A stretch of 64,000 nucleotides of DNA. It comes from Thermoplasmatales archaeon. GTDB taxonomy: Archaea; Thermoplasmatota; Thermoplasmata; Thermoplasmatales; Thermoplasmataceae. Positions 11,022 through 20,943 of this stretch are shown here, piece after piece (within the stretch, counting starts at the first letter, position 1; the number at the start of each line of letters is the position of its first letter). The notes beneath the pieces are model-generated. The model had not been told where the DNA came from, did not search any database, and saw only the letters and a program-made list of their open reading frames with translations. The position numbers and the translations under genes were made by a program. Location of the stretch: contig DAIDBH010000014.1 in the NCBI GenBank assembly GCA_027310185.1, forward strand, positions 96,001 to 160,000, in the 5' to 3' direction.

Positions 11022-12843
11022 CGTAATATGTCTCCCATAATTCCTCAGGGAAATGATTTCCAAAAGACTCAAAGAATGGCTTTATTGTCTTTAGTTCTTC
11101 GAGGAAACCTTTCCTGTCTATATGGAGTAATTCATTCATGACGTTTTTATCTATCGTTCCATAATCGAATGAATCCAGTGAAGGTACATTACCCATTGGA
11201 GTTTCAACAGCATCCCTTATTTCCCCATTTACCCTCCCAAGTATCCATTTGACAACATACATGTTATGACTGTATCCGGGCCACAGAAAACCACCATTTG
11301 CATCTTTCCTGAACCAGTTGACATTGTATATGCGTGGTGGTTTATCCAGTTTCTTGCCGACTTCGAGATAATATTTGAAGTAATCTCCCATGTTATACGG
11401 CATGAATGGCCTCATGGCCATTGGGTCATTTCTGAGCTCTCCAACCTTTCCGATTGCAGCTGCAGTAGTTTCTACTCTTTGCATTGCTCCAAAAAGTACT
11501 CCTTCATTCCAGTTCCTCGCCTCCATTATAAGTGGTAGGAGATCACTTCGCCTTCCTCCGAACAGGAAGGCACTGACAGGTGCTCCACCTGGTTTTTCGT
11601 AGTCAGGGGACAGGTTTTTGTATTCTTTTATTGGAGTACTGAATCTAGAGTTGGGATGAGCAGCCTTTTCCTTTCCATCGTATGGGTTGCCTCTCCAGTC
11701 TGTAAGTCCCTCAGGCACATCTGGCATACCTTCCCAGTATGGGCACTTCCTGGAATCAATTCCAACGTTTGTGAAGAGAGTGTTTCTCCTTACTGCATCC
11801 ATGGCCCTGGGATTTGTCCTGTAACTTGTATGGGGTGCCACTCCAAAGAAGCCGTATTCGGGGTTTATTCCTCTGAGTTCGCCATTCACAGGATGCATCC
11901 AGGTAATATCATCACTCATTAGGTAGGTATCCCATCCTGCTTTTAGAAATTCCTCGGGAGGCTGGAGCATGGATAAATTGGTTTTACCGCTTGAACTGGG
12001 AAATGCGCCGGAAATATAGGTCATTTTGCCGGTGGGTTCCCTGATTCCTATGAGCATCATATGTTCAGCCATCCAACCTTCTCTCCTGGCCCTGAAAGAG
12101 GCTATTCTCAGCGCGTGACATTTTTTGCTCAGGAGTGCGTTTCCCCCGTAATTTGTGTTGAAGCTTATAACCGTGCCCATTCCATCGTTTTCGTCTGGAA
12201 AGTGCATTATATACCTCTTTTCCGGGTTAAGATCTGCGGTTGCGTGCATTCCCAGAACGTATGAATTGCTCAGGGCTATAGGTTTTGCCGTAACTCTCCC
12301 TACCCTGGTTATCTTCATGAGGTTAAGAACAACATAAAGGCTGTCAGTGAGCTCGATTCCGCCCTGGCCAAAGGGGGAATCTATGGGACCAAGCCAGTAT
12401 GGCACAATATAGAGCGTCTTCCCCTTCATTGCTCCCTCAAGGTTTGATCTGGCTATCTCGAGGGCATCATCAGTATTGAGCCAGTAGTTCGTAGGGCCTA
12501 CATCATCAGAAGAACCTCGTGTGCAAATATAGGTATCCTTCTCAGATCTGGCTACGTCAAACGGCGCACTTCTGTAAAGATATGAATTTGGATATTCAGT
12601 TTCGTTCAGCTTTACCAATAAGTTATCTTTTACAAGGCTGTTAATTACGTCCTGTTCCTCGTATCCCTCTATAACTTTCACCTCAGGCTTCCCAACGAGA
12701 AACCAGTATTCCGATATATCCTTCAATACTTTTTCGGTAAGGCTGGAATTATAATTACTCATTGCCCGGAAGAACATGCTTCCTCCTGTCAAGTTTTCCA
12801 TTTCTCCTTTCTGATTTTCCTTTTCTTCTGCCAGACCTAACAT
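10996..12843 (-). CDS. pckG: Phosphoenolpyruvate carboxykinase (GTP)
   Basis: YGGNALLSKKCHALR, AEHM, AFPSSSGKTNL, DDITW, HPNSRF, FGGRR, NVNWFR. Confidence 0.97.
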   Translation of the reverse strand: MLGLAEEKENQKGEMENLTGGSMFFRAMSNYNSSLTEKVLKDISEYWFLVGKPEVKVIEGYEEQDVINSLVKDNLLVKLNETEYPNSYLYRSAPFDVARSEKDTYICTRGSSDDVGPTNYWLNTDDALEIARSNLEGAMKGKTLYIVPYWLGPIDSPFGQGGIELTDSLYVVLNLMKITRVGRVTAKPIALSNSYVLGMHATADLNPEKRYIMHFPDENDGMGTVISFNTNYGGNALLSKKCHALRIASFRARREGWMAEHMMLIGIREPTGKMTYISGAFPSSSGKTNLSMLQPPEEFLKAGWDTYLMSDDITWMHPVNGELRGINPEYGFFGVAPHTSYRTNPRAMDAVRRNTLFTNVGIDSRKCPYWEGMPDVPEGLTDWRGNPYDGKEKAAHPNSRFSTPIKEYKNLSPDYEKPGGAPVSAFLFGGRRSDLLPLIMEARNWNEGVLFGAMQRVETTAAAIGKVGELRNDPMAMRPFMPYNMGDYFKYYLEVGKKLDKPPRIYNVNWFRKDANGGFLWPGYSHNMYVVKWILGRVNGEIRDAVETPMGNVPSLDSFDYGTIDKNVMNELLHIDRKGFLEELKTIKPFFESFGNHFPEELWETYYDVKSRLEK

Positions 12844-13003
12844 TTTAAACCTGATACTTCATTTTTTAAGGTATAAAAAGAATTTGTCTCCAGCTTAAGT
12901 CAATTGCATATATTCAGTATATAAAATATATAGAATTAAATCTAAAATCCTTTATTCTTTCAGGTTCAGATATATTTTAATACAATGAGCTATATTCAGG
13001 TCG

Positions 13004-13786
13004 ATGGATTCAGCACTCTCCTTGAAAGATATTAATGTGAATGAGATATCCCTGCTTATAAAGATCCTCAAGGGAGAAACAAACCTGACTTTAATGGCAA
13101 AAGACCTTGGGATAACACTGCAGGGTGTACGATATTATATTGCTACCATGAAGGAGAGAGGGTTTCTCGAAGAGTTCAAGATCACCCCTAAGGGATATGA
13201 ATACCTGAGTTCTGTAATGAAGCTGCTCAAGGGATTCGTCATAGAAGGGACAGATATCATCTTTAAATCGACAGACTGGGAGTGTATAAGTGATGATGAT
13301 TTCAAGACTGGAGCAACTGTTTATCTTTATATGAATGGAGGCTTTCTGCATGGAGGTAAGGAGAACAGGAACAATGAGGCAATTGCAATTGCTGTAGAAA
13401 ATGCCAGGGCGGGAAATAAACTAAGGATAAGGGACATAAAGGGCATTATAAAAATTAATTTCGGAACGGTGTGGATAGAAACAATAGAAGACCTTAATGA
13501 CAGTAATTCAGAAATAATAAGGAATAAAATAATAAAATCAATTAAAACTGATAAGTCGAATGCCAGGATATTTATTATGGGAGAAGGTGCTTATTCGATA
13601 CTTTCCAGTGAAGTTAATACAAATGTATTTGCACCACTTGCCGGCGCCTTTGATTGTGCGAACAGGGGACTTGATTCAAAGATATACACAACAGCTGAAT
13701 CCCTGAACCTAAATTTTGAGGAATTTTCTGCACTTAAGGAAAAATTTCCTAATGTGAAAACCAATCTTACAACCTTTAAAATATAA
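13004..13786 (+). CDS. Winged-helix transcriptional regulator (archaeal COG1497-like), divergent from pckG
   Basis: MAKDLGITLQGVRYYI HTH, ITPKG wing, C-terminal VYLYMNGGFLH segment. Confidence 0.75.
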   Translation: MDSALSLKDINVNEISLLIKILKGETNLTLMAKDLGITLQGVRYYIATMKERGFLEEFKITPKGYEYLSSVMKLLKGFVIEGTDIIFKSTDWECISDDDFKTGATVYLYMNGGFLHGGKENRNNEAIAIAVENARAGNKLRIRDIKGIIKINFGTVWIETIEDLNDSNSEIIRNKIIKSIKTDKSNARIFIMGEGAYSILSSEVNTNVFAPLAGAFDCANRGLDSKIYTTAESLNLNFEEFSALKEKFPNVKTNLTTFKI

Positions 13787-13946
13787 TATTAATTGTATAT
13801 TAATTAAAATATTCCTCTAACGGTTAGTTATGTATAGTTTTTATTTCCTATGGTAGATTAAATAAATTGGATCAACTTGTATCAATATTTAAATAATAAG
13901 AAATTATGACTAGTTCATACACAAAGAGGTGCAATGATGGAGGACG

Positions 13947-14342
13947 ATGAAGGTGGCCGTGGGAATTCATATTCTAGCAGACATGTATGGTATAGAACCA
14001 GAGCTTCTGGAGCGAAAAGAGAATTTGATGGAGATAATTGAGAGGTCCATCAGGGTCGGTAACCTCACAAAAATTTCGTCAGATTATTATCAATTTGAGC
14101 CAGTAGGGGCAAGTGGGATCGTTTTGCTTGCAGAATCGCATATATCTTTCCACACTTGGCCTGAATACGGAATGATTGCCCTGGATCTATTTACATGTGG
14201 AGATCCAGAAAAGGCAGATGTGGCTTTTCAGTACATTAAGGAAAAGTTGAATCCGAAAGAAGTTCAGTTCGTAAAGCATGAACGTGGTTCAAAGGTGACA
14301 GTAAGCAATGCACCACAGCCAGCTGCAACTCAGTTCGTTTAA
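13947..14342 (+). CDS. speD: S-adenosylmethionine decarboxylase proenzyme
   Basis: GIHILADMYG, GASGIVLLAESHISFHTWPEYG (ESH autocleavage site), DLFTCG. Confidence 0.95.
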   Translation: MKVAVGIHILADMYGIEPELLERKENLMEIIERSIRVGNLTKISSDYYQFEPVGASGIVLLAESHISFHTWPEYGMIALDLFTCGDPEKADVAFQYIKEKLNPKEVQFVKHERGSKVTVSNAPQPAATQFV

Positions 14343-14350
14343 AGCTGGTA

Positions 14351-15259
14351 ATGAACCGTAAAGACAATTTTCTAATTTTATTCATAATATTTATAGCTGG
14401 TTCTGTCATTTTTTTTACCAGGGAACCCCTGATAAACATAATTTTGATTGTAGCAATCATCTTTGGTCTCGACATGAGTTCTGACGAGTTATATGAAGGA
14501 ATTGAAACGATCACCGGAAAAAAGCCCGGTTTATTTTATGGACTCACACTATTCTCGTTTCTTACAAGTTTTGATGAAATTGCCGTATCAGGTACATCGG
14601 TGGCCGAAGGATATCCTGGCATATCCATAGGTACACTTGTCGGGTCTGTTGTTGTAACCCTTATGATTTTTCTTGTGGTGATAAAATTCTCAAGAACAAG
14701 GATTGACAGAAAATATGCCCCATTCATACTTATAGTGCCATCATACATTCTTCTCCTGTTATTACTTAAAGAAGAAGGATTAATTGCAACATTACTCCTT
14801 ACTGTTGCAACCATAAGTATTTCTCTCTTCACCTTCTACTACCTTGGCAGAGAAGATATAGTTGAAAAGGTCCAAGTAGACAGGAACGATGATAAGGCTG
14901 GCAGGATAAATATTCTGCAACTTATCTTCTTTACAGCCTGCATCTTAGTTTTTTCAGTTTATCTATCCAGGGGTACAGCATCCATGGGAATCTATCTCAA
15001 CATAGGTGAGGTTAACTCAGGATACATAATACCGGGAATTCTAGGTTCAATTCCAGAGATCGTTGTCATAAGAAGTTCAATTCGAAAGAAAGATTCGAAA
15101 AGTGTTGCAGGAATCATAACAGGAAGTACAGTTATAAAGGGGGGAATTTTACTTCCCCTTCTTGATTTTGCCTTTAATTATTCTCCATCGTATAACAACT
15201 TTACCATGTCTGGAAGCCTGATCATCCTGATTATTACTATTATCCTGATATTCTTATGA
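14351..15259 (+). CDS. Sodium:calcium antiporter (CaCA) family protein
   Basis: Two alpha-repeat-like motifs (LTSFDEIAVS...IGTLVGS; LGSIPEIVV...GIITGS) in a polytopic membrane protein. Confidence 0.75.
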   Translation: MNRKDNFLILFIIFIAGSVIFFTREPLINIILIVAIIFGLDMSSDELYEGIETITGKKPGLFYGLTLFSFLTSFDEIAVSGTSVAEGYPGISIGTLVGSVVVTLMIFLVVIKFSRTRIDRKYAPFILIVPSYILLLLLLKEEGLIATLLLTVATISISLFTFYYLGREDIVEKVQVDRNDDKAGRINILQLIFFTACILVFSVYLSRGTASMGIYLNIGEVNSGYIIPGILGSIPEIVVIRSSIRKKDSKSVAGIITGSTVIKGGILLPLLDFAFNYSPSYNNFTMSGSLIILIITIILIFL

Positions 15260-15382
15260 ATCATCCACCTGTTTTTCCGTGTCAGGAAATTCTCTTATTT
15301 AACATGTATTTGCAAATGCCATGAAAATTGAATGAACATGCTGGGAATTTGAATATTGTCTTGAAATTAGTGAGCCCGAGTT

Positions 15383-17125
15383 CTATACCCGGGTTCCCCA
15401 GAATATATTCTCCTTTCTCTTGATTTTAATGATTTCCTCCAGTGTTTCCATTGTCTTTTCATCCAGTGACCTTTCCCTGAGTTTCTTCACCACGTCTTCG
15501 GTGATGTCAACATAGATTGGTTGATCGGCTGATATCTGCCTGTTGAGGGTAACACCATCAATGGCAACCGCAACCTCCTGTCCCGCTTCCGCAAATCTCT
15601 TGGAGACTTCTCCATCCCTTATGCTCTTTATGGTACCGGCATACTTTCCATCATCTCGTATCATGTTGTCCCCTACCTTTATCCTGCCGGATAATACCTT
15701 AACACCAACTATGATCGGCTTTGCAGCACGGAAAATGTATTCTGGCATTATAACAAGCTTAGACGGAATTGGCATACCCTGCTTACTTTCCTCATCCATC
15801 TCTTCCTTCTTGTTTCTCAACCATTTTTCAATATCTTCAATAAGTGAATATATAACTTTTGATGCAACAACCGCAACATCATAATTCATTAAGTTATTCC
15901 TGGCATCGCTTGAAAGATCAACGTTAAATCCAGCGAGGATCCTATCCATCTGATTTGGAAGTGTAGAAACATCAATAAGGTCTCTCTTGCTTATCTCGCC
16001 TATCTGGGTGGAGCGAATCTTGATCCCACGGGTTCCAAGCTCAAATGCTACTGCCTCGAGTGAACCGAGAGTGTCTGCTTTCAGTGTGATTCCGTGTTCA
16101 TCCAGTTCTATCTTAACCTGGCTCTCCTCCTGCAATTCTGCTATTATGGAATCAATATCTCCCTTGGCTTCTATTAGGGTTGTGCCTGGTATCACATCCA
16201 GTTTATCTGAAATTGCAATTCTTACCCCTGAAGCTGAGCTCACCATATTTCTTTCCGTGACCTTGGTTGATTTTGAGGATACATTTGTGAAAAGAGCCTT
16301 GATTTTCGTCTCCTTCGGTCCTTCAAGTGTGTTTACATAGACAGCCATCCCTGTTCTTAGTTTTCCCTGATAAAGAATGGAATCCAGTGTCATTCCCAGT
16401 GACTCTTCCCTTCTTATCTCCAGAACACTTGCTTTTGCTATGCTGTTTACCAGTGCAATGGAAGATGTGAGAAATCTTTGCGCCAATCCCGATATGGTCA
16501 TCAGTATCTCCAGTGTACCTATGGAATATTTTGCGCTTGAAGGAACTATGGAAATGTTCTTTGTAAAATCAGTTATTCTATCAAATCTATCTGCTGTCAG
16601 GTTATGCTGGTATAACTGATTTATTATGGCATATAGCTTGTTGTCCAACTCATCTATATATTCCTGTCTTTGCTCCTTGAGAAATTCTGAGAAGTTGGTA
16701 TTTGCTGGCTTGATAAAATAAGCCAGTGTATCTATCTTATTGGCAACTATTATGAATGGTGTTTTAAATTTCCTGAGAATGTTTATTGACTCAACAGTCT
16801 GTGGCATAATGCCGTCATTTATATCTATTACAAGTATGGCTATATCAGCAAGAGCACCTCCCCTTGCCCTCATATTTGCAAAAGCAACATGGCCAGGAGT
16901 GTCCACAAATAGAAGCCCCGGTATTTTAAACATTTTTGAGGAAACCTTGCCTCCTGAAATCTCTACTATCCGCTGGATGCTGATCTCAGTTGCACCAATC
17001 CTCTGCGTTATACCTCCTGACTCTTTCTTCATGAGGGAGGTTCCCCTGATGGAATCTAAAATACTTGTTTTACCATGATCTACGTGCCCGAGTACGCACA
17101 CAATTGGCTGTCTGAGTGTTTCCAT
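15383..17125 (-). CDS. infB: Translation initiation factor aIF5B (IF-2)
   Basis: RQPIVCVLGHVDHGKT, GGITQRIGA, DTPGH, NKID, KADTLGSLEA. Confidence 0.98.
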   Translation of the reverse strand: METLRQPIVCVLGHVDHGKTSILDSIRGTSLMKKESGGITQRIGATEISIQRIVEISGGKVSSKMFKIPGLLFVDTPGHVAFANMRARGGALADIAILVIDINDGIMPQTVESINILRKFKTPFIIVANKIDTLAYFIKPANTNFSEFLKEQRQEYIDELDNKLYAIINQLYQHNLTADRFDRITDFTKNISIVPSSAKYSIGTLEILMTISGLAQRFLTSSIALVNSIAKASVLEIRREESLGMTLDSILYQGKLRTGMAVYVNTLEGPKETKIKALFTNVSSKSTKVTERNMVSSASGVRIAISDKLDVIPGTTLIEAKGDIDSIIAELQEESQVKIELDEHGITLKADTLGSLEAVAFELGTRGIKIRSTQIGEISKRDLIDVSTLPNQMDRILAGFNVDLSSDARNNLMNYDVAVVASKVIYSLIEDIEKWLRNKKEEMDEESKQGMPIPSKLVIMPEYIFRAAKPIIVGVKVLSGRIKVGDNMIRDDGKYAGTIKSIRDGEVSKRFAEAGQEVAVAIDGVTLNRQISADQPIYVDITEDVVKKLRERSLDEKTMETLEEIIKIKRKENIFWGTRV

Positions 17126-17141
17126 ACAATAATATTACACC

Positions 17142-17591
17142 TCAGAAAAGATTTTCATCCCCATAGGCAAAATCAAGGATTTCACTGTTATTGAAGAATA
17201 TTGGATACTCATGATTGAAAGATTCAGTTGAGTCTGATGCATGGATGATATTCTTATCGATACTTATTGAGAAATCTCCTCTTATTGTGCCTGGTGATGC
17301 CTTTGAACCGTCAGTTGCGCCAACTAGAGTTCTTACTACTGATATGGCGTTGTTCCCTTCCGCCAAAATTGCTATTATGGGACCACTTGTTATATAAGAA
17401 ACAAGATCCTTGAAAAATGGTTTTTCCTTGTGCACTGAATAATGTTTCTCCGCTTTCTCCTTGCTTAAGTTCATTAACTTGAGACCTTTGATGTTTATTC
17501 CTTTCTGCTCAAGCCTTTTAATTACTTCCCCAGATAATCTCCTTTTAACTCCATCTGGCTTTATTAAAATGAGGGTTTTTTCTGCTGCCAT
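17142..17591 (-). CDS. ndk: Nucleoside diphosphate kinase
   Basis: IKPDGV, PGTIRGDF, NIIHASD. Confidence 0.98.
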   Translation of the reverse strand: MAAEKTLILIKPDGVKRRLSGEVIKRLEQKGINIKGLKLMNLSKEKAEKHYSVHKEKPFFKDLVSYITSGPIIAILAEGNNAISVVRTLVGATDGSKASPGTIRGDFSISIDKNIIHASDSTESFNHEYPIFFNNSEILDFAYGDENLF

Positions 17592-17878
17592 TATTGACTG
17601 CCTTCCTGATTAACTTCCTCAGTAACCGGTTCACTTTCAGCCGGCTTCTTTTGTTCAAGGTTGTGTGCTTCAGATGCTTTTCTTATTGCCTTCAGATTCT
17701 GGTACTCTCTAGTCCATTTCACCTTTCTTGGCACTCTTTTCAACTTTGTTTGATTTATCCTGCATTTTTTACTGCAAAAATTGATAATTGCTCCATCACG
17801 GCGAATGTAAACCATTCCCGTTCCGGGTTCAATTTCAGTTCCACAAAAGCTGCATTCTCTACTAACCATCAGATTCAC
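17591..17878 (-). CDS. rpl24e: 50S ribosomal protein L24e
   Basis: [13 protein letters not shown]...FCSKKC, PRKVKWT; conserved L7Ae-S28e-L24e-ndk-infB order. Confidence 0.96.
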   Translation of the reverse strand: MNLMVSRECSFCGTEIEPGTGMVYIRRDGAIINFCSKKCRINQTKLKRVPRKVKWTREYQNLKAIRKASEAHNLEQKKPAESEPVTEEVNQEGSQ

Positions 17879-18084
17879 CTCATTGAAAGCTTCTTAGCTT
17901 CCCTAGCAGTTTCTCTTAGCATCAGTATGTCGCCAACCTTTACGGGACCAAGGACATTTCTAGCGATGATTCTCCCCTGATCCCTGCCAGCCAGTACTCT
18001 TACCTTAACAGTGGTAGCCTCTCCGGTCATGCCAGTTCTACCCATTAATTCCACAACTTCAGCTGGTGTTGCATCATCTAACAT
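17875..18084 (-). CDS. rps28e: 30S ribosomal protein S28e
   Basis: [30 protein letters not shown]. Confidence 0.97.
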   Translation of the reverse strand: MLDDATPAEVVELMGRTGMTGEATTVKVRVLAGRDQGRIIARNVLGPVKVGDILMLRETAREAKKLSMR

Positions 18085-18094
18085 TCAAGACACC

Positions 18095-18463
18095 TCACTT
18101 ATTGAGGTTTGCTACTTCTGATGTTATTTGCTTGAGTAGTTCCTCGTTCTTCCCTACATCCGTAATTGAAATCGAAGCAGTTGATCCTATGGCTACTTTT
18201 GATCCAAGTTCCGATCTTGTCTTTACATAGGCAAATGGCACTTTTCTCTCTTCGCATAACTTAGGGATAAAGTATACAACTTCTGGTGGGTTTACATCCT
18301 CAGCTATAACAACGAGCTTGCTTTCCCCTCTTTCTATTGACTTTATTACCTCATTTGTGCCTTTTTTGATTTTTCCACTTCTATAGCAATTCTCTACTAA
18401 TTCCAGAATCTTTTTCTCTAAAGACTCGGGAGTTTCAAACTTGACATATGTTGTTTTGTCCAT
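18095..18463 (-). CDS. rpl7ae: 50S ribosomal protein L7Ae
   Basis: KKGTNEVIKSIERG, IAEDVNPPE. ATG 18463 is preceded by an AGGAGG SD. Confidence 0.97.
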   Translation of the reverse strand: MDKTTYVKFETPESLEKKILELVENCYRSGKIKKGTNEVIKSIERGESKLVVIAEDVNPPEVVYFIPKLCEERKVPFAYVKTRSELGSKVAIGSTASISITDVGKNEELLKQITSEVANLNK

Positions 18464-18491
18464 GCTTTTCTCCTCCTTCACAGAGTAAAAC
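18464..18491 (-). promoter_or_regulatory. Putative K-loop/K-turn in the rpl7ae 5' leader covering the SD
   Basis: Minus strand GUUUUAC-UC-UGU-GA-AGGAG-GA-GA-AAAGC: 3-nt bulge with tandem GA/GA. TATA (TTTATATA) at about 18505-18512. Confidence 0.5.
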
Positions 18492-18535
18492 GTTAACTTA
18501 AGATTATATAAATAGTTTATTGGTAAAATTAAATT

Positions 18536-19426
18536 TTATTGGGGTTCTATGTGCGTTGTATAATTCAGCATATCCATGATCTTGCTTTCAACAATTTTTG
18601 GTATTGTGGTAATTGGGTCTGGTAATTTTCCCTTTATATTGTGCTTCCTGTAGAAAGCTGCATAAACCATTGCTGGAAAAGGATACTCATTTACCATTCT
18701 GAAGAATTGATTGAATATTCTCTGGGTTTTAGTTGCCATCGTCATGTTTCCATCTACAAAATATTTATAAACGTCCGTAACAAGTGGATTTATGTTTGTG
18801 GTTCCACAAACCCCACCTTTTGCCCCTATTGAAAGTGCCTGAAGGAGAAGATCATCCTGCCCCTGGTATACTTTAAGATTGTCTGAAAAATTGGATGCGA
18901 CCTCGTTAAAAAATCTTATGTCTCCTGATGAATCCTTGATTCCTTCAATTCTACCAATGTTTTCAACCAGAGATTTCATCGTTTCTATTTCAACCCTTGA
19001 ACCAGTAAACTGTGGTATATTATAGATGTAGAACTTTCCAGAGAAAACCTCGGAAACAGCCTCGAAGTGCCTTATTATCCAGGACTGTTCAGCCCTGTTA
19101 TAATATGTTGGTTGCAGGACAATCTTGTTGAACCCTAAATCTTCGGCATACTTTGCCATCTCTCTTGCTTCTTCGGTGTTTTGTGACCCTACTCCTACAA
19201 GTACTTCAAAATCTGAGGCCTCATCCTGGATCATCTTGAGAAATTCTTTCTTTGTTTCCAAGGTCATCAAATTGAAAAGACCGTTGCTCCCAAGTGGAAA
19301 TATTTTGTTAATACCAAATTCTTTCATATCCTCTAGGAATACCTTCAGGTTTTCCCGTGATGGCTTACCTTCTCCATCAAATGGAGTGATCATGGGACAT
19401 ATTACTTCAACGTTAGATGTTTTCAT
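18536..19426 (-). CDS. DapA/NAL-family class I aldolase (candidate 2-keto-3-deoxygluconate aldolase)
   Basis: ITPF, GSNG, YNIPQFTG, GIKDSSGD Schiff-base Lys. Confidence 0.85.
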   Translation of the reverse strand: MKTSNVEVICPMITPFDGEGKPSRENLKVFLEDMKEFGINKIFPLGSNGLFNLMTLETKKEFLKMIQDEASDFEVLVGVGSQNTEEAREMAKYAEDLGFNKIVLQPTYYNRAEQSWIIRHFEAVSEVFSGKFYIYNIPQFTGSRVEIETMKSLVENIGRIEGIKDSSGDIRFFNEVASNFSDNLKVYQGQDDLLLQALSIGAKGGVCGTTNINPLVTDVYKYFVDGNMTMATKTQRIFNQFFRMVNEYPFPAMVYAAFYRKHNIKGKLPDPITTIPKIVESKIMDMLNYTTHIEPQ

Positions 19427-19531
19427 ACTTCTACATTACATTTACTGTAAAAACATTATTAAAATTTATCTATTCATAATTTCTCCTATTTTTAAGAGAT
19501 TTCATTTTATACTAATTAGGGATTGCTATTC

Positions 19532-19873
19532 ATGTCTATAATGGACTTCTTCAAAACACCTCCCAACTTAAATGAATTAACGCCAGAGGAAGTAAAATCA
19601 AAGATAACGGAAGGGAACACAAAGATTGTAGATGTCAGGACAAAAAGAGAATACGAATCAGGTCATATTAAGGAAGCTGCCTCAATACCATTAAGCAGGA
19701 TAAAGAAAATGGCAAAAGAACTTTCATCAGACGAGGAATATATTCTAATTTGTGCAACAGGACATAGGAGTAGAGCTGCTGGAGCCACACTCCTAAGAAG
19801 AGGGTTTAAGCACGTATCTCATCTGAAGGGTGGTATGGGAGCATGGAAAAAGATGGAAAAACACGAAAAGTAA
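19532..19873 (+). CDS. Single-domain rhodanese (sulfurtransferase)
   Basis: VDVRTKREYESGHI, ICATGHRS, LKGGMGAW. Confidence 0.92.
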   Translation: MSIMDFFKTPPNLNELTPEEVKSKITEGNTKIVDVRTKREYESGHIKEAASIPLSRIKKMAKELSSDEEYILICATGHRSRAAGATLLRRGFKHVSHLKGGMGAWKKMEKHEK

Positions 19874-19874
19874 T

Positions 19875-20480
19875 TTACTCAGTCTTTTGAGTGTATGAAC
19901 ATCTAATAAATTCCTTGTCTTTTTTAATGCTGAAGTTAAGGTTAAGTTCTCTTCCAATTTCCGTGAACTTTTCTTCACTCATTGTATGGCTATTGGCGAT
20001 TCTTTTATAGAATGTTGTTTGGGGCTGAAGTTCGTAAATGTTGAGTGTCCCTTGCGGTTTTAAAAAATTCATAATGTAAGTAATAGATTCATTTCTCTGT
20101 TTCCAGTGATGAAAGCTCATACTTACATAAATCATTTCAAATTTGGATTCTGACGGAATCATTCTGCTACTACCCTGCTTGAATTCTGTATTTCCTGTCA
20201 AACCCATTTTCTTAGCCTTTGCTGTTGCTATTTTTATCATTTCCCCTGAGGGATCTATACCTAAATATGATGCTGATCGATTTAATTTACTGAAAGAAAG
20301 AAGCATATTGCCTGTGCCACAGCCTATATCCAGTACCTTTGTAACCTTATATGATACCAGATCGCCTAACACAAATTTATTGTATCTCCTGAAGACAGGA
20401 ATAACCTTGGATATATTATAGAAATGAGATGATATGGCCCCAAACTTTTCCTCTCCTTCAATATAGAAGTCCTCATCCAT
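19875..20480 (-). CDS. Class I SAM-dependent methyltransferase
   Basis: VLDIGCGTG, GIDPS, SFHHW, LKPQG. Confidence 0.9.
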   Translation of the reverse strand: MDEDFYIEGEEKFGAISSHFYNISKVIPVFRRYNKFVLGDLVSYKVTKVLDIGCGTGNMLLSFSKLNRSASYLGIDPSGEMIKIATAKAKKMGLTGNTEFKQGSSRMIPSESKFEMIYVSMSFHHWKQRNESITYIMNFLKPQGTLNIYELQPQTTFYKRIANSHTMSEEKFTEIGRELNLNFSIKKDKEFIRCSYTQKTE

Positions 20481-20688
20481 ATTTAGCTATATTTCAAGCA
20501 TAGAATAACGTTTCTATTTTCTTCTTTAAATTTTTTAACTTAGAATGTCAAACATTTCAGATGAAAACTCAAGGTGACGTTTTTTATGCAGTAATAAACG
20601 TTATGTTACTAGAATCAGTCTTCTAAATACAGAATTGCATTAAGATACAAAATAGCAGATTCTTGAACTTTTGTCATTTATTTCCTTA

Positions 20689-20762
20689 CGGGCTTGCCGG
20701 GATTTGAACCCGGGTCCTCGGCTTCGAAGGCCATTAGGATATCCTAGCTACCCCACAAGCCC
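20689..20762 (-). tRNA. tRNA-Arg (TCG)
   Basis: Reverse complement GGGCTTG TGGGGTAGCTAGGATATCCT AATGGC CTTCGAA GCCGAGGAC CCGGGTTCAAATCCCGG CAAGCCC G; anticodon TCG; no intron, CCA not encoded. Confidence 0.95.
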
Positions 20763-20943
20763 TTTTCATAATTGTTTCATTAATCAATATCTTTATGATT
20801 GCATCTGTCCACTGTCACAAAATCCAGTATCTTTATCTGAGCAATTCGAGTTAACGCAGGTTGAAAATTTCAATAGTTCAGACAATAAATATACTGAAAA
20901 ATTGAAAACATTAATAACATGAATTGATTTAACAAATTCAGAA

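Noticed and set aside
20671-20922. 83-aa ORF in the track
   Set aside because: It is the antisense shadow of tRNA-Arg and its promoter.
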